This document shows positions 37,477 to 52,468 of a DNA stretch of 64,000 nucleotides, in pieces. The stretch covers positions 124,001 to 188,000 of the forward strand of contig RHPI01003169.1 in assembly GCA_009103225.1 (NCBI GenBank). Direction: 5' to 3'. The notes below the pieces were generated by a model. That model made no database searches and was not told where the DNA came from. It saw only the letters and a list, made by a program, of their open reading frames with translations. The DNA comes from Chlorokybus atmophyticus (lineage: Eukaryota; Plantae; Mesostigma and Chlorokybus algae). The position numbers and the translations under genes were made by a program. The first letter of the stretch is position 1. The number at the start of each line of letters is the position of its first letter.

Positions 37477-39318
37477 ATGGCCCGGCGCTATGACACGCGG
37501 ACAACAATATTTTCGCCGGAGGGGCGGCTATACCAGGTGCGAAAGCTGATTGCTGAGTGCGGCTTATGTATGGGAGAGCTGCATGGGAGAGCTGCATGGT
37601 TGCGTTTCTATGAACGCAGTGTGATACTTACATGCTGGGTGGTTGTATTCAATACACTGATGGCGCAGTTGCGCGGCAGCTGCTCTTGTTTGTTTGCTAC
37701 AAAGGCCATAACTGTGGCCAACGCCATGCATGTTTCGGGATGTGATTGGATCGCTCTCATCTGATGCAATTTTTCACGTAACCTCTTTGTTTCACTGGTA
37801 TCGATTTCATCAAGCAGGGTGGCCTCTGGCTGCAGTGCATAGTCGGCATGTGCGCCATGCTCAGCAGACATGAAGCAACAGTAACAAACAGTGTGAATAT
37901 CAAGGTTATCAGTACGTGGTGATTGCAGACCTCGGATGACTTTGCGGCACAGTTGGATCACTACTAGCATGCATATCCGTGCTTATCTCCGGATCAGTGG
38001 TGTTCTGTATGGCAAACACCCTCTATGCAGAGTTCCATGCCCGTTTTGCGATTTGTATCGTGTAAGGGATGGTGCATCATGCATGGGCAAGTTACAAGTC
38101 CTTATATCGTGTGCAAGCTTAGACACTGGCAAGGAATGGTTGTGTTTTGGCTGTTGATCTTATCTTCCTCAACCTGTTCTGTGAAGTTTGCCGTGAGATT
38201 ACGCTGCATGCAGACTTGTGTTCCGCAGCATTGGTGCACCACTATCGTCTCTTCCACTGCTCGCACAGTGTTGTATCAACATGTTGGCTGCCCCGCAGGT
38301 GGAATACGCCATGGAAGCCATCTCACATGCAGGCGCAGCTGTTGGCATCCTTGCCACCAACGGTGTTGTGTTAGCAGCGGAGAAGAAGGTCATATCAAAG
38401 CTGCTCGAGCCATCAAAGGTACAGATGAATGCATTGTTGTATCTAATCGCTTCCTATGCTTGGGAGAAGGTTCATGCTATTTGCTATGTGACTGATATAC
38501 TGCATTCACCAACCGGTTGAGTGATACACCGGCAGGCTCCTGAGAAAATGTACAAAATTGATGACCATGTCGCCACTGCGGTGGCGGGCATCACGTCAGA
38601 CGCGAACATTCTGATCCAAACAGCTCGGTTAGCTGCTCAGCGATACACGTTTTCGTATGGCGAGCCGATGCCGGTCGAGCAGCTGGTGCAATCTCTGTGC
38701 GACACGAAGCAAGGGTACACGCAGTTTGGAGGCTTGAGACCGTTTGGAGTTTCGTTCCTGTATGCTGGCTGGGACAAACACTACGGATTCCAGCTGTACC
38801 ATAGCGACCCGAGCGGCAATTATGGTGGCTGGAAGGCCACTGCCATTGGCGCAAACCACCAGGTACGATTGCCTGCTGCTCTGACTTACCTGTTGTCAGT
38901 CCCTATGCTCGTCGTCATATACAAACGCTGCTTTCATGAGCGCGTGCGATCAACATTATGAGCTCATCACTTGCACAAGTTGTTTCATTGCCTTTGGCCG
39001 TTGCATGTTGTGTGAACTGCAAAGGTTGGTCTTGCTCACTCTGCTGCGTGGGCGTGCCTTTGTGCGCAGGCTGCGCAATCCATCCTCAAGTCAGACTACA
39101 AGGCGGATCTGGACCTTGACGGAGCTATCAAGCTGGCCATGAAGGTGCTGTCCAAGACCATGGACAGCGCAACGCTGGCGGCGGTCAAGCTGGAGATCAC
39201 ATCGATTATGCGGGCGGCAGATGGCATCGTCAAGTACCACGTGTACTCCGCTGCTGAGCTTGAGGAGCCTCTCAAGCAAGTGAACGCCGCGGTGGAACGG
39301 GATAGCCAGCAGTCGTAG
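37477..39318 (+). CDS. PAC1: 20S proteasome subunit alpha-3 (PAC1/PSMA4 orthologue), 251 aa
   Basis: Exons 37477-37536, 38299-38418, 38536-38862, 39070-39318 join in frame; [56 protein letters not shown]. Confidence 0.96.
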
Positions 39319-39941
39319 TGTACAGCGTATGCGTGGTGTGCATTGTAATCATTCAATGCTGTCACTCTGTGAATTCAATCTGAATGCATAGCAATTTTAT
39401 TGCAATGTGGTGCTTGACGAAGAACGACTCTGCACATTGTCACAGCAGTGCCATCATTGAGACTGCTGCATGTCTTGTGACTAGCGCCAAATGCTTCTCA
39501 GTTGCAAACACATGAATATACAAATACATCTATACTTTTGCAATCCTGATCATTGCCAAGACTACATGTAAGCACATGTTGGTGTCTGCATGAGCATTTT
39601 TGCATGACGCAATTTTGTGGGGATCTTCGTACAGCTGCAACTGCTTTGTGGTCAGCCAGATCACTGCTTTACAATACGCATTGAATGCCGCCGCATGATA
39701 GCAGTACACGAGCAAATGAGGGCCTTCCTGCACAGACGAGCGATATTGCGCTCGCATGTAACGATACCACTCACTTACCTGCTAGTGAGCCTCACCAACT
39801 TGTGCACAAGCACAAAGAACTTGTGCACAACACAATTCCCTCTTGCATCTTTTGTACGCCCTAATGCAGCACCTCGCCGAGGGGAGACACAGCACCAGAG
39901 TCGGGTAGGAGAGGATGACCACCAGCCCTCCAACAGCTCCC

Positions 39942-40435
39942 NNNNNNNNNNNNNNNNNNNNNNNNNNNNNNNNNNNNNNNNNNNNNNNNNNNNNNNNNNN
40001 NNNNNNNNNNNNNNNNNNNNNNNNNNNNNNNNNNNNNNNNNNNNNNNNNNNNNNNNNNNNNNNNNNNNNNNNNNNNNNNNNNNNNNNNNNNNNNNNNNNN
40101 NNNNNNNNNNNNNNNNNNNNNNNNNNNNNNNNNNNNNNNNNNNNNNNNNNNNNNNNNNNNNNNNNNNNNNNNNNNNNNNNNNNNNNNNNNNNNNNNNNNN
40201 NNNNNNNNNNNNNNNNNNNNNNNNNNNNNNNNNNNNNNNNNNNNNNNNNNNNNNNNNNNNNNNNNNNNNNNNNNNNNNNNNNNNNNNNNNNNNNNNNNNN
40301 NNNNNNNNNNNNNNNNNNNNNNNNNNNNNNNNNNNNNNNNNNNNNNNNNNNNNNNNNNNNNNNNNNNNNNNNNNNNNNNNNNNNNNNNNNNNNNNNNNNN
40401 NNNNNNNNNNNNNNNNNNNNNNNNNNNNNNNNNNN
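39942..40435. other. Assembly gap (other gaps 19003-19173, 50809-50878)
   Basis: Runs of n, each bordered by (GA)n or poly-G/C. Confidence 0.99.
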
Positions 40436-43400
40436 CCCCCCCCCCCCCCCCCCCCCCCCAACACACACAAGTGCAGTCGCCCACCAACGGCACACACACC
40501 CCACAAGGGATGAGGGGAGAGCCCCTTCAACAGCTACAACCAGCTGCAGGCACCCCACACACAAGTGGCCTTTGAGTGGTGAACACACTCTCATCCCTAC
40601 TTAAGGTTGTTACTGAGCATATATACCAGTTGCCGCTCTCCCGACCTGGCACAGAGGATTCCAAGGCCCAAGGCCTTGTCACTGTGGGCTGGCCTATCAG
40701 CACATGCTGACTGCCAGTGTGTCAAACATAGGATGTCATGCCGAATACCCTCGCATGCCAGTCCTCCTCGAGCATGCCTACATCCAGCCCCAAGCCCGGG
40801 CTACCAGCATAAAGAACGCGCGCGCCCCAGTCTACTGTTAGCTACTTCGTACTCCATGTAGCATGTAGCTAGGGCTACTCTATATGCCTCTCCGTAGGAA
40901 CCGCGCGTAGCTGATCAGGAATCTATTATCAGCTCATGTGCTACATTGAGTCTTAGGACATTTCCGTAGTAGCGTACGGTTTCGATGTGACCGTTGGCCT
41001 AGTGCCCACGTGGCACAGTCATGATTTGACATGTGTAAGTAGGAAGTCATGTCACTAGATCCGCTGAGGACACTGCGAGCGAGTACTAAGAGTAGAGACT
41101 CTGATTTTGAGAGCTTGTGAAGCGACTTGAACTAGAAGCACACCATCTTGGTTGCGAAAGACTGCCTTACCACATGAGCCACAATGTATGCTCTTGTGCG
41201 CTGTGCCTGTCATTGCTGTGAGCTTGGCGCTGGTGTGTTTCCTGCATCAGTCAGGACATAGCATCTCTGAGTTGCTTGTTCATTTACCTTACTTAACAGT
41301 GTAATACATCATCCACTCATGCAAAGAACTGTATATATAGCACTACCTATCGTAGTGGCTTGTTTACTCACAGTGTCAACCTCGTTGTTGAAGTGAGTGC
41401 ATCGCATTCTGCATTAAGTAGTGCAGTTTGTAGCGGGGGATACATCCTTGTGCATTCTTTATGACTATCATCACATAGTGCGCACACAAGCACTAGTGTG
41501 GTGAGTGGTAGCAGCATCAAGACAGACGGTAGAGCACAAACACTCTACCCTGCATACACTTTCACCAGTGGACTAGCTGCATGAGTAGGACCACCCCGTT
41601 CTTTCCAATAGACGAGGGTGACCTGAACAGCTGAAGCTCAACCTCCAACCTTACCGACGAGCGAACCAGCAACGGGAGCAGCGATCGCAGCAGCAGAGGC
41701 TCGCGTTCTGTCTCTGGCTTCACTCAATTCCGGTCTACTCCTCGCCATCAAGCTTCCCCACTATCGTCCAACAGCAACAACTATGAGATGGAGCCTTCCA
41801 GCTCAACCACATCCCTGCGCTTCTCCGGACATGCTGGCACCACCTCGCTGGACGAATTCATCATCATATTTCAGTCAGTCCCAAGATGCGATTGCAAGCT
41901 CCGAAGCACAAAGACTGATTAGATGAGAATTCTTTCCACATCGCTGCTCAGTATCTGGGCCATAAAGCACACGATGTCTAGAAATCTGTTGTTGAATTGC
42001 ATCGAGTTGATGGATATGGCGAGCTCGCCAGCACCATAGCATACTGCGTCACTGCACAGCAGCCATCGCTCCACCTGCCACTCCAGCTGCAGTCACCGGC
42101 TTGTCCATAGCTGCAGCCATTGAGAGGGCAGAGGAGGAGAAGCATAAGTTGGTTATCGTCAACTTGACCCCTGCAAAGATTGAGATTAAGACGGTCGTAC
42201 GATGGGCCCGGATCTTGGACCGTTCTAATGCTATCCTTGAAAGACAACGAGCTGCAGCTGTTGAGGTGGGCACACCTCTACCTCTGGCAACATCTGGCTC
42301 TCGTGCGGGAGGCAGTGCTTTCACCCTCGGGTCAGTTGCACTGCGCGCACCAGCAATTTTTGTAGGTGCTGCCATCTCTGACTCTCCACTCAAGGAAATA
42401 TACGCTGCATTTCGTTGCACCTTCCCACCTCAGACCACCAACAAAGTGGAGGAGCTCAGATGGTTTCGACGCAAGCCCAACGAGGACCCTCTACGCCTGT
42501 ACTCTAGACTGGAAGGGCTGTTGAAAGACACTGACTACAAGATCGTCAATGACGCGGCTGCTGCAGTGGTTTATGTCAATGAATTGGATGCCACCCTCAG
42601 CGAGTCGACGCGGCTAACCCTGAACTACAGCAAGCCCCTTAGCTACATGCTCAAAAAAGCTTACGAGACTGCACAAGCCATCCACAAGCGCTTGATGTAT
42701 GAGAAGGCAGTTCTGGACACCAACCGCAATGCCTCATGGCCTGTAGCTAGCACAACTACTGAGCCTCCTTGCTGCAAGCGTGGTCGGGACGCTCCGGACG
42801 CGACAAAGGGAAACGATCACCTCATACTGCTTTGCCTGCCCCTGTGCTGTGTCATTGCTGTGGACGGCATGGGCACTACCAAAAGGAGTGCACCGAAGAG
42901 TACTCAACCCTAATCCGCGACCACTGTCACCAGACGGGTCACTTGGAGTCAGTCTGCTGGCTCAAGTTCCCTAAGTTGAGACCTGCCAACAGCTACAGCA
43001 ACAACACTAGAGGCCACAACGGCAACAGCTCTGGTGGCTACAATAGCAACCACCCTAAAAAGTATAACAACAACGACAACTACGCTAACGCTCGCAAGGA
43101 AGAGCAAGGCTACAGGGGGAAGAATCGTCCTCCTCAGCGCAAGGGACTAGAAGGACGTCCGCACACTGCTGCTGTTGCTGCTAAGGCTTCAGCCAACCCG
43201 CCAGCTGATGACCATGATGCTGCCCTCATGGCGCGTATGGCGCGCTTGGAGGAAGTCAAAGAGCAGGACCACCGCGACTGCTACTTTGCCCAATGAGCAC
43301 TGATGGCTCCGAAGCGCACGAGAGACATGTGCACTCCGTCATGCGTTGAACCATCCCAATGAGCACGAGGGGAAGTCGCAACATCGTCAGCAACTACCCT

Positions 43401-43935
43401 TTCTGAAGCCACCGGTGGTGCTGCATCAGCAGCAACAACCACACCGGCTGCGACGTCAACTCCATCAACGTCAGCATCAACTATTCCAGCTGCAGCAGAA
43501 GTTGGTGCATTAGTGGGCACCGTGACGCCAACACTGGTGAGCACGATGGCGACTATTACTGCTACCACGGACCCTGCAGCAGTAGATCGCACCGATCCCG
43601 CTCCAGCTGCAAGACCACCTGTGTCAGCAAGCGTTGAGACCACCCTCGTGCCACTGACCGGCACTGTCGCAGCCACTGCCAGTACCATCGCCCAGCCCGC
43701 TGCCACCGCAGCGACGCTCGCGGCTACATTGCCCGTCCTCAACGTCACTCAGGCTGTCCCGCGACATCAGCAAGCTGAGCGCGCATGGGAGACCATCATG
43801 CGTGGAGCAGATCCCACTACCATTGTTTTTGGCGAGGAGGAGTGCACCACGCGCGTTGTACGCAGTGATTGTGTTTTCCCACTGCCTGAGTATCACACCC
43901 TGCCGGAGCAGACCCGGCGGCGATTGGAGGATAAA

Positions 43936-44387
<452 letters not shown>

Positions 44388-46799
44388 TCCTCGTCGGCAC
44401 GGCGCCTCCCATGTGAAAGCACATCTTTGTGGTTAGAACACCTGTTGTGCTGGAGTTGGCCCTGCATTTTTTCTGGACTCTGCATAACAACATGCAAACC
44501 GCACCACGCCAGCCCGTACACGTCCGTCACAAGCCTTTCGAGCCAAGTCCGCTGGACACGTATCGATACTGGCAACTCAACGTGCAGCGGCACTTAGGTG
44601 ATGCAGCCGTCATGTCTTTAGGTAACGACAAAGCACTGAGACCCCTTTGTACTGTTCTGCTTCACTAGCGCTGCACCGCTTTGGAACAAGCGTTCAATTG
44701 GTGGCAGGACTTAACTGCAGCCATCAACGCAAGAGCGCAAGCCCTTGCTGCTGCTTGCGCTTCCATTCCTCAATCAACAATCGCGGGCCCATTATCCAGC
44801 ACGACACCTCTCGCCGTTGCGCCCGACATTGATCAGGCGAGGGCGCTGGCCCAACAAACCATGGGGTGATCGCCTCGCTGGTACCCGCCTTAGTGGAAGA
44901 CTTGCCTGACGATCAACGAGATTTAGGGAGAGGCTACCTTTCACCACAAGGGTGTACACAACGGGATGGAGCAGGCTCAATTGGAGAACAGCAAATTCGC
45001 ACTGCCCTATTGCGCCAAGCAACTATGCTACATCGACAAGAAGGAATCGGCCTGAGACAGATGATGGCGATGCGAGAAGGTGGCAATGCAGCGCGAGCGA
45101 GTCTAGTGACTTTGCTAATCATCAATCACCCTGCAATCCCTCTGTTCGCATTCGGCACCGGATTATACTGATTGGACGCCTTCTTTCGCTCACTACGGCA
45201 AGCCTATGACGAGGTTGCCTAGGCAACCTCTGACATCTTGAGAGGAGCTAAAGGAGGCCATACTAAAATTGCCAAAAGTGGAAGCAGCGCGACAACGTAA
45301 ACGCATCGCAGCTGCTTATCAGCTGCACGTCCATCAGCCAGAGATTTACCTCACGGTTCGTGCACGAGCAACAACGGTGCTAGAAGTGGGGGTGGTCAAT
45401 GGCAGATGGGCTGCAGGGACCCTAAGGGTTCCCACCATTACCCACAACATAAAAGTGCGGCTCCTGCGCGCAGTGTATCTTCAGCCCATGCCTCAGAACC
45501 ATCGCTGGTGTGACGTGACCAACAACACGATAGCCACATGGGAAGGTACACTGGTCAGGGAGGCGGCTCATGCTGTACGCTGAACTTATGGAGAAAGTAG
45601 GTTACACGGGAGGCGGGTCCACAAACACCCGGTCTTTTAGGGTTCCCCCCACAGCCACTGGCTACGCCGCCAGGTATAACCCTGGCCACATAGAGGCGCA
45701 AATCCCTGCGCCACAACCAGGCAGCACCGCCAGCACCCAGACCGCAGCGGGTATACCAACAGCCAAGACAAGGACGGTTCGAGCCAGGCCGCGGACGAGG
45801 AGGTTCTCAAGACCCAGCCGGTCGAGGGGCGCTTGCCGCACTGCGCTTGACACCACCGGAGGAGACTGCAGCAGCAGTCACCCCACGTACACGCTACCAA
45901 CGTTTCATTTAAGCGTGTGCGCATCAACGCCAATGCAGCCATGATCGCCAACAAAGGCAAGCATGTCACCATTAACGGTCGAGCACCCAAGCGCGTGATG
46001 CTGGACTCTAGAGCCCAGCCTGTCATCATCACACGTTACCTCGCACGCAACTTCAGCATCACCAGTGCTAAGCTAATGCCCTGCCCATACGTGTTCGACA
46101 CAACACCCGGCAGCCAGTGAAGGTGATTGGCATCACCGAGCAGGCCTTTAGCATTCGCTTGATAGGGTTGGACCCTTCCCACATTGGAGGTCATACAGAA
46201 GTGTGTGGTCACCGATGCGGGATCCTTCAACCTGCTGCTGGGACAAGACTTCAACTTTCCTGTTGGCATGGGGCTGGACTGCTGAACAGAGAAGGCATGG
46301 TTTCGTCCCCATTGAGACGAGGAGGATTGAGAGGTTGAAGGATACCTGCCTCTCGAGCTGGTGACTCGCACTCGCTCTCACCAAAGGTCCGTTGCAACAG
46401 CCACCTACAAGTCGGTTTCGACAACCATTGACAAGTCAGCAGCAGCAGTCACCCACAACCCTGACCTGGACTCTCCTATCCCATACGATGAGTCATAGGA
46501 GGATGCCAAAGAAGTGGCCCAACAGAAACCATCTGAACGCCGTTGGCGCACAAGTGGTTGCACATATACTACTGACCAAATCACGGCTCATTGCACGAAT
46601 CCCTCTCTACAAGGACTAAGCTGCAGTCCACGAGCAATAGCAGGTGGCCACTGGAGTAGTGGAGTTCCACATGTTTCGCCGACAACAAGGCATCACCGTA
46701 TTGGAACTGTTTGGAGGTAGTGGCCTTGCCGCTGTCCTCAACACCGACGTGCCGGTCACCAAGTACCTCTACTGTGACCTTAATCCACACGGATTGATT

Positions 46800-47706
46800 T
46801 GTCGGGCCTGGCAGAGTTGTGTGCCCCTCCAGGTCGCTCCCAACCGCATTGCCATGATGGGGAATGAGGCCAGCCTTGTGGACTGTTGGTTGTGTAGCTG
46901 CACAGTACGGAGTGCAAAGAATACCCCCCTGTCTATACTTGTGGGGGAAACACATGTGAGGCTAATGGCATGTGGTACGATGTGGTGCTGTGCGCTCTGA
47001 GTGATGAAAGTGCGTGGCTTACAATGCTAACAGGAGCAAGTCAACAAGCCATTACTAGAGGTAGTGCTACTTATACAGTTTCTTGAATGAGGTCAAGATA
47101 ATTCCACTGTTAAGTGAGGTGTATGAATGCGGCAACTCGTGGATACCACACTCTGATGCGGACCACACAACGTGCACCCACACAACCACAATCACATCAA
47201 GTGACAAGCAATGCACGTGTGCATACACAGCATTCTCTCACGTGTAGATGTGTTTTGGCCGGAATGATGATGTGATGCAGTCACATCAAGTCACAACCTT
47301 CAGAGAGCAAGTCCCAAGCACTCCAAAAGATCAACACCCGTACTTCTTGGTTCCGGTCTTTCAGTTCTCACTTACAGTGTCATCAACGTATAGAGATTAA
47401 ATCCTAAGCTCTTATAGCCAAGTGACATCTATCCAATTCTAAGATGATGGCTAGTTTACGAAATGACCTAGATCAAGCCTAAGTCACAACTCGCAACGGA
47501 CCAGCTAGTATGGCTTAAACTAAGTTCCTACGAAGACTGACTGATAATTGCTTCATGTCGCGTGGGACTCATGCCGGTAGCCGGGGTGAGTGTCTGGCTG
47601 TAGGCATGACCGATCAAAAGGGTTGTCGATGCTGGTAGCACGGTAACGATGCCTGGCTGTAGGCATCAATGAGGAAGTTGGCCCCTCTTGGACCGCTGGC
47701 ATGACA
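46800..47706 (-). mobile_element. Solo B-A repeat unit of a third subfamily inserted in the element B DNMT domain
   Basis: Minus strand starts TGTCATGCC, ends GGCCCGACA; contains hairpin plus ATGGCTTGTTGACT junction (47039-47052) and GATGACACTGTAAGTGAG; flanks GATT/AATC give 4 extra nt relative to element A. Confidence 0.85.
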
Positions 47707-50700
47707 AATCGCCTTGAGCCACCACTTGCGCCACCTACCCAAATGCTACCCGCAGCTGCCACTATCAGCCTTGCAAGATAGCCTAAAGGCACTTCCACAG
47801 AACATCCGTTTAATCACTGCGGATCACCTCCTGGCGGTGGGCAACGTCGACCTGCTGATAGCGAGGATGGGAGTGTCAAGAACACTTCAGGGCAGGCAGA
47901 GGCCAAGGACTCTCTGATCCTCGCTCGCAACTGTTTTGGAAGCTGATGCGCGTTATCAAAGGCCTCTGGGGTACATCATCGAGAACGTGCAGTCCGAGGA
48001 CGATAAGCGTCACGTGGCCAACGGCTCTCGACAGGTGTGTTCCTTATTGGGGCATCTGCTCTCTCAAAATGAACGCAGCGCGTCATGGATCCCGTGCTCA
48101 TCGCGTCCGCGCCAAGTGGACCAACCTGGCTATAGTTGAGGAATTTTTTGCTGCTGAATATCTGCATAGCAGTCGTCCACGCGATCTTATTGTCGACGCT
48201 AATCTGAACCCTGGGTGCACAGCACAACCGGTCACGCGACACAATCACCAGCACTTCTACCAGTGCAACCAGCCTAATCAACCGCGCCGTGCGCTCCCCA
48301 CTCGGGTGTCTTAGCCACCAATATACGCCTTCCGCAACAAAGGTGAAGGCATGGTGTTGGTTTCCAACACAAGCCGGCTGGAGGAACCCAACGCTCGCGA
48401 GCGCGAACGCGCCATGAGATTCTTTCCAGGCAGTATGACAGGTTCCATGCTGACCCGCAGCAGTGTTAGTTGTTGGGACGAGCGATGGACTATAATATCA
48501 CGGTGTGGTTGTGAAAGATGTGCTTTGCTCTCCAGGACCGCCATGTGTTCTTTGAGGAGCTTTAACACATGGCGGGGGGGTGGGCTGATCGCATTCAAGA
48601 GACTAAAGCAGCACACACCGCCCTCGAAATTGCCCACATGGAGGAGCAAGCAGCAGTCACTGTGGAGGACATTCCAATGGTCGCCAACGCTACCTCCTGG
48701 TCCCATGCCATTGGGCCACTGGCTACAGGCCAGATACGAGAACAACTCAAAGCTCTCCTCAACAAGGGGAGGAGCCAGTTCAGCATCAGCGTGAAGGAGC
48801 TGGGCATCTGCTCAGTTTACCATATGGACATCGAGTTGGTGGTCACCGAACCGGTGTTCCAACGACAGTACAGACTCTCCAAGTTGGAAGAAGACTTGGT
48901 GGAGCAGAGGTGCAAGGCGCTTTTAGTGCAGGCCTCATTAAGGAGTCCACATCGGACTTTGCGGCCGCGACCGTCATGCCCCTATAGAAGGATTCAGCAG
49001 GCAACTGGACAGACCGGCGCATGTGCGGTGATTATCGCCCGCTCAACAACAAGACCAAGCAAGACAGGTAATCAATGCCTATTGCAAAAGGTATCTTTGA
49101 TGATGTAGAAGACTATACGGTCTTCAGTATCCTGGACATGCGCCAAGGGTACAACCAAAATGCCATCAAGGAGGAGGACAAGCACAAGACCTCGATCAAG
49201 GGCAACCGGCAGCTGTACTGGTAGAAGGTCATGCCCTTCGGACTGAAGAATGCTCTTGCCAAGTTCTAGCACGTCATGGACAAAGCCCTCGAGAGATTGA
49301 ACTTCGCACGCTGCTACATCGACGACATCCTCATCTTCAACTTTCAGTAGGCAGCGCGCGCAAAGAGCATCGCGTCAGTCAACGCACTCAGCACTATCCC
49401 TTGGCCGACAACAAGCTGTATCGATGGATGTAGCATGAGGACAAGGAGGTCCCAGCACCAGCTGCGTGACAAGGCATTATTGCTGCCCTCCACACCGAGC
49501 TCGGACATTTCGGTGTTAGCCGCACGGCCGGTTTGGTCATGACTTAGTACTAGTGGTATGCTGTGCACTAACAGGTGCACAAGTCCATCAGCGACTGCCA
49601 GCTTTGTGACATGGTCCGCGCGAGCCTCAACACGCGCTACGCCACTTTGCATACCCTCCCTATCTCGGGACCGTTCTACCGCTGGGGACTGAACATCCTC
49701 GTGGACTTATCGCCCTCAGCACGAGGCAACCGCTACATCCTCGTTATGATCGAGCACTTCTCCAAGTGGGTGGAGCTGGTGGCCCTTCTCGACAATAGTA
49801 GCGAGGGAGTAGCCCAGGCTTTCCTCTCCCATTCTCAGACGCTTCGGCAGCTGTGCCGAAGTCGTTACCGAGCAGTGTACGGAGTTTAGAGGAGCCTTTT
49901 AAAAGCTCATAGACAAATGCTTCATCGACCATCGCCGCACTTCACGCGACCATCCACAAGCCGATGGTCTCGCTGAGCGTACCGTGTAGACCATTAAGAA
50001 GGCTTTGCACAAGTACGTCCTCGACTACGAGAAGAACATATGGGTTGACCACCACCCATGGGTAGCACTGGGGCACCGGCTGTTCAAGCAGGCAGCACTG
50101 CGGGAGTACAGCCCGTACTATTTGGTGTTCAAAGGCAGCCATTGCTCCCCTTTTCGCGCACAGCAGGAGGTCGACAGAGTGGTGGACAATTTTGACAACC
50201 CCGACAAGATGTTGTATGATGTGAAAGTGCGCAGCGTATTGTTTGAGCACACTGTCCCCATGGCCTTCAACAACCTGCGCGTTGCTCAGCACCGCGACAC
50301 GCTTTGCTACGAGCGTGTGCGCAGCGGTTTCCACAGGGAGCGAGAATGCCGCTTCCAACTAGGAGACTTCGTGTACCGCATGGCGGCCACACATGACACC
50401 CTCGACACCTCCGTCGGGCGCGCTGTCTATAATGTATTGAAGGTGTATCCCACAGGGGTACGGGACCTTCTGGGACAACAAGGCGAACGCACGAAGGACA
50501 ACATGGTGAACTGCGCGCTCTATCATCTTCCCCACGTTGCTGGCTGCGGCAAGATCCAGCACGCGCGACCGCTGCGAAGCACCCGCTGCGAGAAATGCGG
50601 CAGTGCCAACAACGATCCGACGATGCTGTTTTGCAAAGGCTGCAACCAAGATATGCACTGTTACTGCCTTGACCCTCCATTGGACAAGGTGCTGTGAGAA

Positions 50701-50878
50701 TATTAATGCAGTGACTGCCGCATCAGCGATCCCCCACACAGTCGGTAAAAGCTGAGTCCTGGAGCAGGAGGCTACCCCAGAACTTTGGGGGGGGGGGGGG
50801 GGGGGGGGNNNNNNNNNNNNNNNNNNNNNNNNNNNNNNNNNNNNNNNNNNNNNNNNNNNNNNNNNNNNNNNNNNNNNN

Positions 50879-52012
50879 GGGGGGGGGGGGGGGGGGGGGG
50901 GGGGGGGCTTGTTGACTGTGTGTCCTGCAGCACAGTAAGTACAGTAAGGAGGAGAGCGTCACGAGCTCCACTACTGACCGATCCTCATATGGGTTCATCC
51001 CTGAGCGTATGCCTATGTCTGGGGGGTTGTCTTTGTTTGTGTTGCTCTAATGCTGCGCGCAGCACCAGCATGCCCACGGCATGAGTGCTCGTCTGTAGCA
51101 TCCCTGAGACAGCGTGACCCTCGACCATGGCAGGCACGACAGCTGTCATGCCATATACCCTCGCATGCCAGTCCTCCTTGAGCATGCCTACATCCAGCCC
51201 CAAGCCCGGGCTACCAGCATGAAGACCGCGCGCGCCCCAGTCTACTGCTAGCTACTTCGTACTCCATGTAGCATGTAGCTAGGGCTACTCTATATGCCTC
51301 TTTGTAGGAACCGCGCATAGCTGATCAGTTAGGAATCTATTATCAGCTCATGTGCTACATTGAGTCTTATGACATTTCCGTGGTAGCATACGGTCTCGAT
51401 ATGACCGTTGACCTAGTGCCCACGTGAAACTGCACAGTCATAATTTGACATGTACAAGCAGGATGTCATGTCACTAGACTCGGTGGTGACACTGTGAGTG
51501 AGTACTTATAGTAGAGACTCAGACTTTGAGAGCTTGTGAAGCGACTTGAACTAGAAGCACACCATCCTGATTGCCAAGAACTGCCTTACCACGTGAGACA
51601 CAATGTATGCTCTTGTGCGCTGTGCCTGTTATTGCTGTGAGCTTGGCGGTGGTGTGTTTGCTGCATCAGTTAGGACATAGCATCTCTGAGTTGCTTGTTC
51701 ATTCACCTCACTTATCAATGCAATACATCATCCACTTACGCAAAGAACTGTGTATACAGCACTACCTGTCGTAGTGGCTTGTTGACCGTGTGTACTACAG
51801 CACAGTAAGTACATTAAGGAGGAGAGCGTCACCAGCTTTACTACTGACCGATCCTCACATAGGTTCATCCCCGAGCCTATGCCTGTGTTTGGGGGGGGTG
51901 TTTTTGTTTGTGTTGCTTTAATGCTGCGCGCAGCACTCGCATGCCCACGGCATGAGCGCTCGTCTCTGGTATGCTCGAGACGGCGTGACCCTCGACCATA
52001 GCAGGCACGAAA
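50879..52012 (+). repeat. Element B 3' region: poly-G PPT, A1, gc, B2, A2
   Basis: Junction CGACA-GC-TGTCAT at 51137-51149; A1 aligns with A2; B2 aligns with 40734-41368. Confidence 0.92.
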
Positions 52013-52468
52013 AGGACCTGTCCCATCACAGGACATTAACTTCGAAATTGACAAACCTCGTAATTGTCAAACACTAGGCAAGTCAACCTCTAATTTGTGA
52101 ACTGCCACAATTCCTCCTGTTTGACCGAAACACCTCATACTGGCAAACCGCATGACTGACCTGCGATTTGCCAGTTGCAGCACGTATGCTGCCCCAGTGT
52201 GACAGCACTGGCACTCCACAAGTCATGCAGAGCATATGGCATCGACAAGCCCTGTGTGCTCGTATACAGTGCCTTGTGCAGCTACATAGCCCTAGCTACC
52301 AAGTAGACATGGACTGACCGCATAAGCACACATACGAAGTGCTACACATCATGGCATGCGGAATCCTCACTTGGTCCCTCTTACTTACCGCATAAGTAAG
52401 GAACTAAAAGCCGCTTTATCCAGCCCGTAGGCATGACGTCGCATATACGCATGTGCTTGTGCATGCCC

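Noticed and set aside
36973-37549. ORFs upstream of PAC1 on both strands
   Set aside because: No recognisable domain; could be promoter or a TE remnant.
39617-40604. Long ORFs spanning 39942-40435
   Set aside because: Open only because of N residues.
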